This document shows positions 48,640 through 61,499 of a stretch of 64,000 bases of DNA, piece by piece. The stretch comes from Isurus oxyrinchus (lineage: Eukaryota). The notes under the pieces are model-generated. The model was not told where the DNA came from. It did no database searches and was given only the letters and a program-made list of their open reading frames with translations. Made by a program: the position numbers and the translations under genes. The stretch lies in the NCBI GenBank assembly GCA_026770705.1, contig JANJGN010000026.1, positions 36,084,001 through 36,148,000 on the forward strand. The letters are read 5' to 3'. Each line of letters begins with the position of its first letter. Within the stretch, counting starts at the first letter, position 1.

Positions 48640-51600
48640 GAGAGCCTGGGGGAAAGGGCAGGCAGGTGGGGGGAAGGAAAGAGAGTCGGGGAAAAGGGTA
48701 GCGATCCAGTGGAAAGTGCATATAGATGAGGCAAAGGAATGGGAAGAGCCGGGGGAAGGGCAGGCACCCGTGGAATAAGTGCAGAGAGCTATGGGAGAAA
48801 GGGTAGAGAGGCGGGAGGGGGAAAGGGCAGGGCGGCAGAGATGGGAAAGGGCAGAGAGGCGGGAGGGGGAAAGGGCAGAGAGAGGAGAGGGGGCAAGGTC
48901 AGAGTGGGGGTATGGGCAAGGGCAGAGAGGGGGGAGTGGGCAAGGGCAGAGAGTGGGGAGTGGGCAAGGGCAGAGAGACGAGAGGGGGGAAAGGGCAGAG
49001 AGGCGGAGGGGGGAAGGGCAGAGCAGCGGAGGGGGAAAGAGCAGAGAGGCAGGAGGGGGAAAGGGCAGAGAGGCGGGAGAGGGAAAGGGCAGTGAGGGGA
49101 CAAAATGGTTAATGAACAAGGGAAAAAGTCAGTGAGCCGGACAAAAGCACAGAGTCGTGGAGTAAATGCAGAGAGCTGGGGGAGAAAGGACAGAGAGGTG
49201 GGAGGGGGAAAGCGTAGAGAGGAGGCGGGCAAAGGGCAGAGAGGCGGGACGTGGAAAGGGCAGAGAGGCGGGACGTGGAAAGGGCAGAGAGGCGGGACGT
49301 GGAAAGGGCAGAGAGGCAGGAGGGGGAAAGGGCAGAGAGGCGGGAGGTGGAAAGGGCAGAAAGGCAGGAGGGGGAAAGGGCAGAGAGGCGGGAGGTGGAA
49401 AGGGCAGAGAGGTGGGAGGTGGAAAGGGCAGAGAGGCGGGAGGGGGAAAGGGCAGAGAGGCGGGAGGGGGAAAGGGCAGAGAGGCGGGAGGGGGAAAGGG
49501 CAGAGAGGCAACAGAAAGGTTAATGAACTGGGGAAAAAGTCAGAGAGCCAGACAAAAGCGCAGAGAGCTGTGGAGTAAATGGAGAGAGCCGGGGGAGAAA
49601 GGGCAGAGAGGTGGAGGGCGGAAAGGGCAAAGAGGCGGGGGGGTAAAGGGCAGAGATGGGGCAGGGGGAAGGGACAGAGAGGTGGGAGGTGGAAAGGGTT
49701 GAGAGGCAGGAGGGAGAAAGGACAATAGAGGCGGGAGGGGGAAAGGGCATAGAGGCGGGAGGGGGAAAGGGCAGAGAGGCGGGAGAGGGAAAGGGCAGAG
49801 AGGCAGGAGGGGGAAAGGGCAGAGAGGCAGGAGGGGCAAAGGGCAGAGAGGCGGGAGGGGGAGAGGGCAGAGAGGCGGGAGGGGGAGAGGGCAGAGAGGC
49901 GGGAGGGGGAGAGGGCAGAGAGGCGGGAGGGAGAAAGGGCAGAGAGGCGGGAGAGGGAAAGGGCAGAGAGGGGGGGAAGGACAGAGAGGAGGGAGGGGGA
50001 AAGGGAAGAGAGGCGGGAGAGGTAAAGGGCAGAGAGGCAGGAGAGGGAAAGGGCAGAGAGGGGGGAGAGGGAAAGGGCAGAGAGGCAGGAGGGGGAGAGG
50101 GCAGAGAGGTGGGAGAGGAAAAGGGCAGAGAGGCGGGAGAGGAAAAGGGCAGAGAGGCGGGAGAGGAAAAGGGCAGAGAGGCGGGAGGGGAAAAGGGCAG
50201 AGAGGCAGGAGGGGGAAAGGGCAGAGAGACAGGAGGGGGAAAGGGCAGAGAGACAGGAGGGGGAAAGGGCAGAGAGGCGGGAGGGGGAAAGGGCAGAGAG
50301 GCAACAGAAAGGTTAATGAACTGGGGAAAATGTCAAAGAGCCAGATGAAAGCGCAGAGAGCCGTGGAGTAATGCAGAGAGCCGGGGGAGAAAGGACAGAG
50401 AGGCGGGATGGGGAAAGGGCAGAGAGACGGAGGGGGGAAAGGGCAGAGATGGGGGGAAGGACAGAGAGGAGGGAGGGGGAAAGGGCAGAGAGGCAGAGGG
50501 GGGAAAGGGCAGAGATGGGGGCAAGGGCAGAGAGGCGGGAGTGGGCAAGGGCAGAGAGGTGGGAGTTGGAAAGGGCAGAGAGTTGACAGAAAGGTTAACG
50601 AACTGGGGAAAAAGTCAGAGAGCCGGCTGAAAGCGTAGAGAGCCGTGGAATAAATGCAGATAGCCGGGGGAGAAAGGGCAGTGAGGCGGGAGGGGGGATA
50701 GGGCAGAGAGGCAGGAGGGGGAAAGGACAGAGAGGCAGGAAGTGGAAAGAGCAGAGAGGCAGGTGGGGGAAAGGGCAGGGAGGCAGTAGGGAAAGGGCAG
50801 AGAGGCGGGAGGGGGAAAGGGCAGGGAGGCAGTGGGGAAAGGGCAGGGAGGCGGGAGGGGGAAAGGGCAGGGAGGTGGGAGGGAGAAAGGGCCGAGAGGC
50901 GGGGGGGAAAGGGCAGAGAGGCGGAAAGGGCAGAGAGACAGGAGGGGGACAGGGCAGAGAAGTGGGTTGGAATGAAGGGCAGAGAAGTGAGGGGTGCAGG
51001 AAGGGCAGAGAGACAATGGAAAAGGCAGAGAGATGGGCGAAAGGTCAGCGAGCCGGGGGAAAGGTCAAAGGGTCAGGCAAAAGTGCAGAGGGCCTTGGGC
51101 TAAGTGCAGAGAGCTGGGGGAGAAAGGGCAGAGAGGCAGGAGGGTGACAGGACACACAAGCAGGGAATGAAGGACAGTGAGGTGATGGAAAGGTCAGTGA
51201 GCCGGGGAAAAGGTCAGAGAGCCAGGCAAAAACACAGAGAACACTGGAGTAAATGCAGAGAGGCAGGGGAGAAAGGACAGAGAGGCGGGAGGGGTAAAGG
51301 GCAGAGAGGCAGGGGAGAAAGGGCAGAGAGGCGGGAGGTGGAAAGGGCAGAGAATTGGGGGGTTGGAAGGGCAGAGGGAAGGGGGGAATGGGCAGAGGGG
51401 AGGGGTGAAATGTCAGAGAGGAGGTGGAGAAAGGGTAGAGAGGAGGGGGAAAGGGCAGAGAGATGGGGGAAAGGTCAGAGAGCCGGGCGAAAGTGCAGAC
51501 AATCTTGAACTAAGTGCAGAAAGCTGGGGGAGAAAGGGCAGAGAGGCGGAGGGGGGAAAGGACAGAGAGGCAGGAGGGCAACAGGGCCGACAGGCGGAGG

Positions 51601-52010
51601 ATGAAGGGCAGTGAGGTGACGGAAAGGTCAGCAAACTGGGGAAAATGTCAGAGCCAGGCGAAAACACAGAGAACCATGGTGTAAATGCAGAGAGCTGGGG
51701 GAGAAAGGACAGAGAGGCGGGAGGGGGAAAAGGCAGAGAGGCGGGAGGTGGAAAGGGCAGCGAGGCGGGCGAAAGGGCAGGGAATCTTGGATTAAGTGCA
51801 GAGATCTGAGGGAGAAAGGGCAGAGAGGCAGGAGGGGTAAAGGGCAGAGAAGCGGGGGTAAAGGGCATACAGGCGTGTGGGAAAGGGCTGAGAGGCAGGG
51901 GGAAGGGCAGAGAGGCTGGGGACAGGGCAGAAGGCGAGGTTGCAGCGGGCAGAGAGGCGGCAAAAGTGCAGAGTCGGGCTATAGCGGGGAGAGCAGGGCG
52001 AAAGCAGTTG
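48640..52010 (+). repeat. G-rich, purine-biased ~24-bp tandem repeat in the JH-Cmu intron
   Basis: Unit AAGGGCAGAGAGGCGGGAGGGGGA. A higher-order spacer (aaggttaatgaactggggaaaa...gcagagagc) recurs at ~49105, 49515, 50307 and 50590. Confidence 0.95.
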
Positions 52011-52489
52011 TGAGCCGAGGCCCCAGCCGCCCTAGGTCCCACTCTATCTCTCTCTCTCTCTCTCTCCCTCAGTGTCTCTCGTCCTCCTGAAATCCTTTCT
52101 GTTCCCAGGGAAAGGCGCTAAGTGCCAGAGATAGAAGAAAGACAATGTCTCCATGCGCTTCCTCCCGGCTCCCTGCACCTTTCTCCAGCGGGTGCTCACT
52201 GCCCCTGCAATCACAATCTGTTTGTCTCCCACTTTTACTGCTGATAGGCCCACAAGCCAGTCTGTCAGCCGCTAATGGGATAGAAGGCCGGCCTGTGATT
52301 GGAGGAGCAGCTCCTTACTGATACCTTCAACTCCACTTACCCGACTTACCAGCATTTTGAACAACGGCTCCGGAGTCCATATAGAGGGGCTTCGGGGGCC
52401 ACAATCCAACCATGGGACATGGATTGGACACGCCCGTAATAAAGGAAAATAAGGAAATGGGCTGAGATGTTGCACAAATATTTTGGCCT

Positions 52490-54010
52490 TAACGAGCTGG
52501 TTGCTAAAGTAGCAGAGGCATTGGTTTTAATTTTCCAAAATTCCCTAGATTCTGGAAAGGTCTCATCAGATTGGAAAACAGAGAATGAGGCTTTTATATT
52601 AATTAAAGGAGGGAAAGGGAAAGCAAGAAACTACAGGCTAGTGAGCTTTACATCTGTCAGAGTGAAAATGCTGGAATCGATTATTATGGAGTCTATCATG
52701 GATCACTCAGAAAATCCAAATGCAATTATGTGGATCCATTATGGCTTTGTTAAAGGGAAATCATGTTTGGCTGATTTATTTGAGGCCTTTCGGGGAATCA
52801 AAAAGGAACATTAATAAAGGAGAACCTGTGGATGTGCTGTACTTGCACTCCCAGAAGGCATTTGACAAAGTGGCACATGAAACGTTACTGCACAAAATAG
52901 TGGTGTCGGCTGTAACCTTTCAGTATGGGTAGACGTTTGGTTAGCTAACAGGAAACAGAGTTGGGATGAATTGTTTATTTTAGGTTGGCAAGATGTGACA
53001 AGTGGAGTACCACAGGGATCAATGCTGCAGCCTCAACTATTTGTAATTTATATCAATGACTTAACGAAAGGCTGAATGAATTTGCTAAATTTGCTGGTGA
53101 CACAAAGATAGATAGGAAAGTAAATGGTGAAGAGGGGATAAAGGGTCAACAAAGGGATATAGATAGGTTAAGTGAGTGAGCAAAAAATTGACACATGGAG
53201 TATAATGTGGGAAAATATAAATTTGTCCACTTTGGCAGGAAGAATACAAAAGCAGCATATTATTGAAAGAGAGAGAGATTTCAGAACCCTGAGGTACAGA
53301 AGGACCTGGATCCCTTGGTGCCTGTATCACAAAAAGTTATAATACAAGTGATGAGGAAGGCAAAGGGAATCTTGTCATTTATTACAAAGGGAATAGAATA
53401 TAAATGGAAGGAAATTTTGCTACAGTTTAACGGGGCATCGATGAGGCCTCGTCTGAATTACTGTGTACAGATTTGGTTTCATTTAAGAAAGGATATAAAA
53501 GCATTAGAAGCTGTTCAGAGAATGCTCATTCAAATGCTACTGGGAGATGTCGTCAACTATCTTATGAGGAAAGTGTGGATAGGCTGCGCCTGTATCCATT
53601 GGAGTTTAGAAGAATGAGAGCAGATTTTATTGAAACATATAAGATCCTAAGGGAAATTGACAGGGTGGGTGCTGAAGAGATGTTTCCCCTTGTGAGAGAG
53701 ACTAACCATAGGTAACACAGTTTAAAAATAAGAGGTCTCCAATTTCAGACAGAAATGAGGGGATTTTATTTTTCTCTCAAAGGGTCGTGAAACTTTGGAA
53801 CTCTCTTCCCCAGAGAGCGATGGATGAGGAGTCATTTATATTTCAAGGCAGAGGTAGAGAGATTCTTCATTAACAAGGGAGTCAAAGGTTAGCGGAGAGT
53901 AGGTGGGAATGTGGAGTTAACGCCACAATCAGGTCAGCTATGTTCGTATTGAATGGTGGTGGAGGCTCGAGAGGCCGAATGGCCTACTCCTGCTACTAAT
54001 CCGCATGTTC
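52490..54010 (+). mobile_element. CR1-type LINE ORF2 remnant
   Basis: IFQNSLDSGKVSSDWK, NYRLVSFTSV, GFVKGKSCL, VDVLYLHSQKAFDKVAH, GVPQGS, LEFRRMRADFIETYKIL. CR1 tail present. Confidence 0.9.
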
Positions 54011-54559
54011 ACATGTACATACGAATGGAAATGTCGTACTTACTGTCACTGGTATTCAATTTAGGGTTCTATGGTCATTATGTAGGTACCATTACAAAGG
54101 TACTTTCGAAGGATTTTTGCAATTCTTTGTTTTGGGGGGACGTGGAGAGGGGAGGGGGCTTCAGTCAATTTGAACAAAGCCAATTTCCAAACTGCAATGA
54201 AATAAATGACGAGACAATTTCTCTGTCACCAAGTGCTGCTGATTGAGAAATAAATGGTGGCGAAATAATGGGGAAAATCCTCTGCTCTTCCACTTTAATC
54301 CAATGAAAGGTACGTCATTCAAATGATATCAAAATGTTCTCTTTTAGTAATGGGATAGAGGCAGAAAAATGAGGTGTGGGTTTCTAAAGAGGGAACCGAC
54401 AAGCGAGGGCCATCAAATGATGGAAATAATAAATGATGAAATGTGGATGTGGGTTTTAGTTGGACATGTTTATAGTTATAGTCAAATTTTGAGTTGTTTG
54501 GTTACTTAATGATCACAAATCACAGAGTCTAACTTGTTCAATCGGCCATTCTTTCCCAG

Positions 54560-54859
54560 CGACACCGTCTTCGCCCACTCTCTACAAACTGGTCTCCTCC
54601 TGTCAGCAACACAACACTGACGGCTCCATAACTTACGGCTGTTTAGTGATGGACTACTCCCCAGAAATCACCAGCCTGACCTGGAAGAAAGATGGGCAGC
54701 AGATTACCACTGGATTTAAGACATACCCGTCGGTGAGAAACCAGAAGGGAACCTACACCCTGAGCAGCCAGTTAACCATCACCGAATCAGAGGGAGAATG
54801 CAGCAAAATCAAGTGTGAAGTTCAACACAGCGGCTCAGACAAGAGCATTGAATGGCAAT
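54560..54859 (+). CDS. IGHM: IgM Cmu1 exon
   Basis: cccag|(A)[45 protein letters not shown]...YTLSSQLTI...[16 protein letters not shown]|gtaagt. 300 nt, phase 1/1. Confidence 0.96.
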
Positions 54860-55076
54860 GTAAGTGTTGGGGAACCTGTGAGAAACAGAAAGGCTGTGAT
54901 TGACCTGTATAGGGCCTTGGTTATAACGCATTTATAGTGCTCTGCATAGTTCTGATCCCTGGAAAATCCAGGTTAGTGTCCACTGACGGCAAAGAGCCTG
55001 TTAAAATATAAGAACTCATTGTTTCTGTTATCAATTTCTTCTGCAAGAAATGGCTAACCTGTGTTTTTTTTTTCAG

Positions 55077-55376
55077 GCCCTCCAACTGTTCTCCTCACCG
55101 TGAGTTCCCGGGAAGAAATCAGAACCAACAAATTTGCAATCGCCGTCTGTTCAATCATCGATCTCCGTTCAAAGTCAATCACCGTGAAGTGGCTGAAGAA
55201 TGGACAACCCATGAATTCAGGAATTGTCACCTCTCCTGTCTTTGAAGTGAACGGGAAATTCTCGGCAACCAGTCGGCTGAAAGTCTCCGCTGGGGAATGG
55301 TTCACCGACGCTGTCTATACCTGTCAGGTCACTCACCAAGGGGTCACCCAAAGTCGAAACGCCACCAAGTGTGAGG
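55077..55376 (+). CDS. IGHM: IgM Cmu2 exon
   Basis: ttcag|[10 protein letters not shown]...[21 protein letters not shown]...[14 protein letters not shown]...KCE-G|gtaag. 300 nt. Confidence 0.96.
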
Positions 55377-56000
55377 GTAAGAAATACAAACCGAGGAAGC
55401 AACAGATCATTCTGCTCTGCGATGTTAATCAAATCAGGAATTTATTGGAGTTAGTAAAAAGCACGGAACAACGTCTAATTTACTTTCATGTAGTTATTGT
55501 TTAATTCCGATGTAAATGCTGCATGTGGATTGTTCACCATTCAGGATTTTATCACATCACTTCTCTACATTGGCGTCACAGAGTGATTGAGGTGAACTTG
55601 ATATCAGCTTTACCCTGAGTCAGCTGATCATATTTCGAAAGGCAGAAGATGTCTGGAACCCCTCACTGGTAACAGCTTCGGGATAGAGTGTTGGAAAGTG
55701 CATCCACCCTATTTATAAAATGGCTTTCAGTCCTGCATTCCAGGGCCCAGGAATGATACATTTGTATTGGGACTGGGGTACAACAGATTCGTGAGAATGT
55801 TACCGGGGTTGAAGGACTTAAATTATGAGAACGATTTACACAGACCAAGCTGCTTTTCCATTGTGTAAAGAAAATTAAAGATGATAGTTAGGTGTTGATA
55901 TGTCCAAGGTGATTTATTTTCCTTCAGGGAGTGAAGGCCGAATACTGCTGTCCTGCTCCTGAAGGTGAAACTTTGATTGATCTTCATTTCTGTCTCACAG

Positions 56001-56312
56001 ATGATTCCCACTGCCCCAACGATCCCACAATTACTCTACTGCCACCTCCAATAGAACAGGTCTTACTGGAGGCGACCGTGTCCTTAACCTGCATCATTTC
56101 TAATGCTCCTTATGGAGTCCTCGTGTCCTGGACACAAGAGAAGAAGCCTTTGAAATCAGAGATCGCCGTCCAACCGGGAGAGGATCCCAACAGCGTGGTC
56201 AGCAACGTAAACATCTCGACACAAGCCTGGCTGAGTGGGGTTGAGTTCAACTGTGTGGTGAGCCATCAGGATCTGCAGACTCCTTTAAGAAATTCCATCC
56301 ACAAGGAACAAG
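56001..56312 (+). CDS. IGHM: IgM Cmu3 exon
   Basis: cacag|[44 protein letters not shown]...[29 protein letters not shown]|gtaag. 312 nt. Confidence 0.96.
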
Positions 56313-56689
56313 GTAAGCGGTGAAATTGAAGCAATAAGTAGTTCAATGTGTCTATTTCCAGTGTAAGTGTAAGGATCAATATTTACTATTCAGTCTAATC
56401 TAATTAGCAATTTCGCCAACGAAACGCCCTGGGCCTGTGGACTTTCAGGGGGAAATTGATAAGTAGATGAATGAAAAATGAATTGAAGGCTGTGCCATTG
56501 AGTTTAGATGAAGTAAGATGGGAGGAGCCTAGTGCGAAGCTGAAACATGGACCAGTTGGGCAGAATGGCCTGTTTCTGTGCTGTAAACTTTGAGAAACTT
56601 TCTCGTCCAACCCCATAAGTTCTCAGGGAAAAGGATTGTGCCACCTCTGCTCCGAGCTGGAAAGCCGGACAAATTCAAAGTATTTTATT

Positions 56690-56885
56690 TCTTAATTCAT
56701 GGATGTGGGCGTCACTGGCTGAGCCAGCGTTTATTGCCCATCCCTAATTGCCCTTGACAAGGTGGTGGTGAGCTGCCTTCTTGAATCGCTGCAGTCGATG
56801 TGGTGTAGATACACCCACAGTGCTGTTAAGGAGGGAGTTCCAGGATTTTGATTCAGCTATAGTGAAGGATCGGTGATATATTTCT
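56690..56885 (-). mobile_element. LINE/SINE 3' tail in the Cmu3-Cmu4 intron
   Basis: ggatgtgggcgtcactggctgagccagcgtttattgcccatccctaattgccc..., same as 44530-44700. Confidence 0.75.
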
Positions 56886-57008
56886 GAGAAGTGGATAATG
56901 AAACCCCTTAATATTCATCACAAAACACGTTTCTCTCACATCTAACCAGCGGTTTCATTGTCTATGAAAGTATCCAGTTTATTGACATTTATTGTACATT
57001 TTCTGCAG

Positions 57009-57400
57009 TTAAAGACCCGCGGGAACCGACCGTGTCTGTCCTCCTGCCCTCGGCAGAAGATGTCTCCGCTCAGAGATTCGTCTCCCTCAGCTGCTTAGTG
57101 ACAGGTTTCTCCCCGCGAGAGATTTTCGTCAAGTGGACCGTCAATGACAAGCCAGTGAATCCCGGGAACTACAAGAACACCGAGGTGGTGGCGGAGAACG
57201 GCAATCGCTCCTTCTTCATGTACAGCCTGTTATCCATTGCAGCGGAGGAGTGGGCCAGCGGCGCTTCTTACTCCTGTGTGGTGGGACATGAAGTGATCCC
57301 CTTGAAGATCATCAACAGAACGGTTGATAAATCCAGCGGTAAACCAAGCTTTGTGAATATTTCCCTTGCACTGATGGACTCTGTTAATTCATGTCAATGA
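57009..57400 (+). CDS. IGHM: IgM Cmu4 exon with secretory tailpiece
   Basis: [43 protein letters not shown]...YSCVVGHE...VDKSS|[20 protein letters not shown]. Internal donor G|GTAAA after 57338. NIS sequon and penultimate Cys present. Confidence 0.98.
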
Positions 57401-57427
57401 GAATCTCTCGGTTACATTTCAAACTTC

Positions 57428-57443
57428 AATAAAAAATAATAAA
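57428..57443 (+). terminator. Secretory-form polyadenylation signals
   Basis: Two AATAAA at 57428 and 57438, just after the stop. Confidence 0.85.
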
Positions 57444-57819
57444 GTCCTTTTCTCCAATCGTGATTTACATACACAATGTTGTTTTCCACTTTTGCTGATG
57501 TTAGACCTGTTTAGTTAAAATCGGATATTTACAGGGCTCACACCCAAGTCTTGTATGTCCAGTGCTCCGAGCTCAGGTACACCCTGGGTTCGAGACAGAG
57601 TAAAGCTCATTCATTACGGGATTCTGCAAAATAACTTCACCAACTCCCCTCCCACTGAGATGAAATCTGATAATTCCCATTTCTGACAAACAAACACAGC
57701 ACATTTAGATCTGGGTGTTCCTGCTTCTCTTATTATCCATCCCTTTAAAATGGATGTCAGCTTTAAGCTTCTGCACCACACCCACTGGGAACTGAAGTGG
57801 GGTCACACAGAAACATGTC

Positions 57820-58230
57820 CCAACAATCCCCCATCAGGGAGAGGGGGAAGGGAAATTATTAACCCACTGTACCCCCTCTTCCCCAACAGAGAGAGGGGGA
57901 AGGGGACATTGTTCACCCACTGCACCTCCACTTCCACAACAGCGGGTGGGGGGGGGGGCGAATTGTTTAGCCACTTTACCCCACTTTCCCAACTGAGAGA
58001 GGGGAAGGGAAATTGGTAACCCACAGTACCCCACTTTCCCAACAGAGAGAGGGGAAGGGAAATTGGTAACCCACTGTGCCTCCACTTCCCCAACAGAGAA
58101 AACTGAAAGGAAAATTTTAAGCTGCTTTTACCTCCACTTGCTAAACAGAGAGACGAGGAAGGTCATTGGTTAACCCAGTGTGTCTCCACCTTCTCAGCAG
58201 AGAGAACCGAAAGGGAAATTGCTTAGACAA
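57820..58230. repeat. Degenerate ~50-bp tandem repeat
   Basis: aacccactgtaccccactttcccaacagagagaggggaagggaaattggt units. Confidence 0.7.
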
Positions 58231-58699
58231 CCAGACAGAGCAAAACTATTAGCTCCCTGGACCCTCACCGAGCAGAGAATCTGGAAGGGAACGGGTCTCT
58301 ACTGTCATGACTCAGTTACCAACAGTCCATGTCGGCTTCCAGCTTACTGGCCACAGATTTTAAACTCCCATCATGCTTAGGATGTTGTAAAAACATCTAT
58401 TTATGCAACATAATTTGAAGATCTTTTAACACCCTTGTTCCTGTTAAGCTTATGCTAAGATTGGTTTCCCATAATCCGAATCTAAACTGGTGATTGAATC
58501 CTCCCTGAGTTGTTCAAGGTTCTGTCCCTGAATTTTATGAGGCACATGGTTGATTGTTTGCATTCGTTCACCTGATATCACCTTGCATCTCACAAAAAGC
58601 ACGTTTATACACAGAACATTGAAACTATTCACTACAATTTTCACCATCAAGGTCAGACTCGATCATTGGTACTGGTAAAATTCTGGAAAATAGTAAAAA

Positions 58700-59780
58700 T
58701 ACACACAGCTGACACAAATGGACAGACACAAACACGCGTACGCACACACATAGGCACAGACATGCAGACACAAACAAACACAGGTACAGGCAGACACATT
58801 TACACCCACACATGTGCACCCACACAAACACAGGCAGACACAGGCAGACACACATAGACAAATACACACACACATGCACACATGCGCGCACAATCACAAC
58901 CACATGGGTGCAGACGCATAAACATACACGTACACAGAATCACACACATAAACAAATACACACACACAATCACACACATGTAGAAATACACACACACACA
59001 TGAACACAATCACACACACACAAACAGATAAAACCAGACAAGCAGACTCATACAAAGACACAAAGCACAAATGTAACTATTAGCATATGCAGTATTACAC
59101 GTTCACAATGACATAAATACAGACATAAAGACACACACTATCGTACACATTAAAACAAATGCATGGACACAAATTAACAGTTGCACACATATGAGCAGAC
59201 AACACTCAGACACAAAGACACAGAGGAACAGACGAACACATTCACAGACACACATGTAGAAACAAACATGAATATACTCATACACAGTAGAAAACAAAAA
59301 ACACACGTTAGTTCATATGAAAACACATACACACATTGATACATAGTTCTAAATATCGATCAACACACAAATGCACATATTAAAAACTCTCTCTCTCTCT
59401 CTCTCTCTCGCTGTATCACACAATCACACAGACGCTGTGACACAGACATTAATATGCTGACAGACACGTGGAACAAATAAAGAAACAATAACACTCATAT
59501 TAGCAGGCACACATTAAACAGGTAAATACACATTAACACAGATAGTAATAAGTAAATATAGACATCAAGACATAAACACACACAATAACATACTCATACA
59601 TCCACATTGGCAGAAAAACAAAATATACGTAAAGATGCAGACACAAAAATACACAAATCAGCACTCATTGGCACATGAACACACACATTAACACACATGT
59701 ACACATATGGACACACAAACAACCAGTAATGCAAAGCGCGGGATACTCATGCAGACACATACAAAAGCTAAAGCACAACG
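58700..59780. repeat. CA-rich low-complexity tract
   Basis: Seen directly. Confidence 0.85.
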
Positions 59781-60322
59781 CAAACGCCAGGCTATTGAAG
59801 AAAGAATAATTCAAACGTTCATTTTTAACGGCATATCCTCCGGCAATTGTCTCTATTACATCACAACTCGATAAACACACTGAAACAATGCTCTTACTGA
59901 GAAACTGATTTAAGTTAATGATGCACCAAACATTTCCATCACAAATAAACAAACCAGATGGGAAATCACATCCGAGCTTTTAAAAAGCAACACGCATAGT
60001 TTCCAAAAAGTAGCTCAGTGAATCTCTCCCTATACCTATCATAATATTCTCCAATAATAGATCGTACGAAATTGTTCGAAACTAACTGATACTGGAGAAA
60101 AGTTGCCATATTTTGCGACATGGACTGTACAAAGATTGTAAAGGAAGAACAGCTGTGGAGATAGTTACAGAGATGGGTTACTGAGCGTCACGAACTTAAT
60201 AGGAGATATATATTGAACATTGAATACATTAATAACTTAGGAAACAGTAAAGGAGATGTTTAAAAATGATATCCTAGATTAATAAACAATCTAATTATAT
60301 TTCCTCGGCTATATCCCCGTAG

Positions 60323-60450
60323 ATTCCACAGACCGCATCTGGATTGAAGACTCTGAGGATGATAACGGCAACATCTGGACAACCGCTTCTACATTCATCA
60401 TCCTATTCTTCCTGAGCATTTTCTACAGCGCTGCCGTCACTCTGGCGAAG
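60323..60450 (+). CDS. IGHM: IgM transmembrane exon TM1
   Basis: cgtag|(D)STDRIWIEDSEDDNGNIWTTASTFIILFFLSIFYSAAVTLAK|gtgaga. CART motif. Absent from the ORF track. Confidence 0.96.
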
Positions 60451-60590
60451 GTGAGAAGATTCAATCCACTCACACTTCAAACTGACAGAAGCGGTTTGAA
60501 AAAAATCTCTCAATGTTTCATTGATTAAAACTCTAACATAAATGTTCTAGATCATAACAATCTGCTTCATTATTTCATCTTCTTTTACAG

Positions 60591-60599
60591 ATCAAGTGA
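60591..60599 (+). CDS. IGHM: IgM TM2 exon (IK-stop)
   Basis: ttttacag|ATC AAG TGA gives the cytoplasmic tail KIK. Confidence 0.9.
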   Translation: MK

Positions 60600-61013
60600 C
60601 CGGTTGAATTTTGGACACCGTAGATTTTCCTCAGCTTTTTATTGAGATCTCTGTATTCCGAATTTAAAATATGTTCTCTCGGTGACTGTAAAAATGAAAT
60701 ACCTTCAGTTTATGTTTCCGAATTTGTAACTGAGACAATCATGGACGGTATTTCCGTTTCTCTGTTTCAAATGTGCGAGATAATTATGATTGCATTGCAA
60801 TAGCAGCTTATAATTTCCCAGTAGTTTGAATTCCCTGTGTAAATAAGTAACGTTTATCATTCCTCATTCACAATTATTCCCTTCCCTTTTTGTTGAGTTC
60901 CTGTTTTCTCTTTCTGGTCTCTGTTACAGTTGTACACACAGTTGGCAGCTTAGAGCGAATGTGCTCTGTTCTCAATGTGACGCTCACATTATATTCACTT
61001 CAGTTAACTTTAA

Positions 61014-61055
61014 AATAAACTTTTCTGTAAAATGTTCTCTGAAATTGTTAATAAA
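61014..61055 (+). terminator. Membrane-form polyadenylation signals
   Basis: AATAAA at 61014 and 61050. Confidence 0.65.
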
Positions 61056-61499
61056 TCATGAATGTGAAACGAACTGACTTTGCTGAACTCCATTCTCCAA
61101 GGCCCATCGACACCGCTCCATTTCCCCTATTACACTGTTTTCCCCCCGTTCCCAGGCAGATGTTTTTAACCAGTCCTTCTTCAGAGCCCGAGGTCCTTCA
61201 GTGAAAGAGTCAGTGCGCCACGCAGCGACTCATCGGTGTTAATACACCTTTTCCTCTGCCTTTTTATGCCAAACCTCAGATGCAGAACGATTGCACAGCG
61301 AGGAGAACCTCGGTGATTTCACTCATACTCAGGCCTGTCACAGTCACATGTGAGGTAATAGTAAACAGCAGGGGTCTGCTTCATCAGATGCCCATACAGG
61401 ACAGCATATGGAGGACTAAAGTTTCCTTTACACAGTCCCGTTCAACACTCCCAGGGTCTGTGTAGCAGCGGTTAGATAGGGACTAAAAGATTTTTTTCT

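Noticed and set aside
48457-52042. Long Pro/Leu/Cys or Gly/Arg/Glu ORFs
   Set aside because: Artefacts of the 24-bp purine repeat.
54560-57400. IgW or IgNAR identity, or a pseudogenised constant region
   Set aside because: Four C exons with a mu-type tailpiece and a classical mu VH. All exons are open with GT-AG sites in compatible phase.
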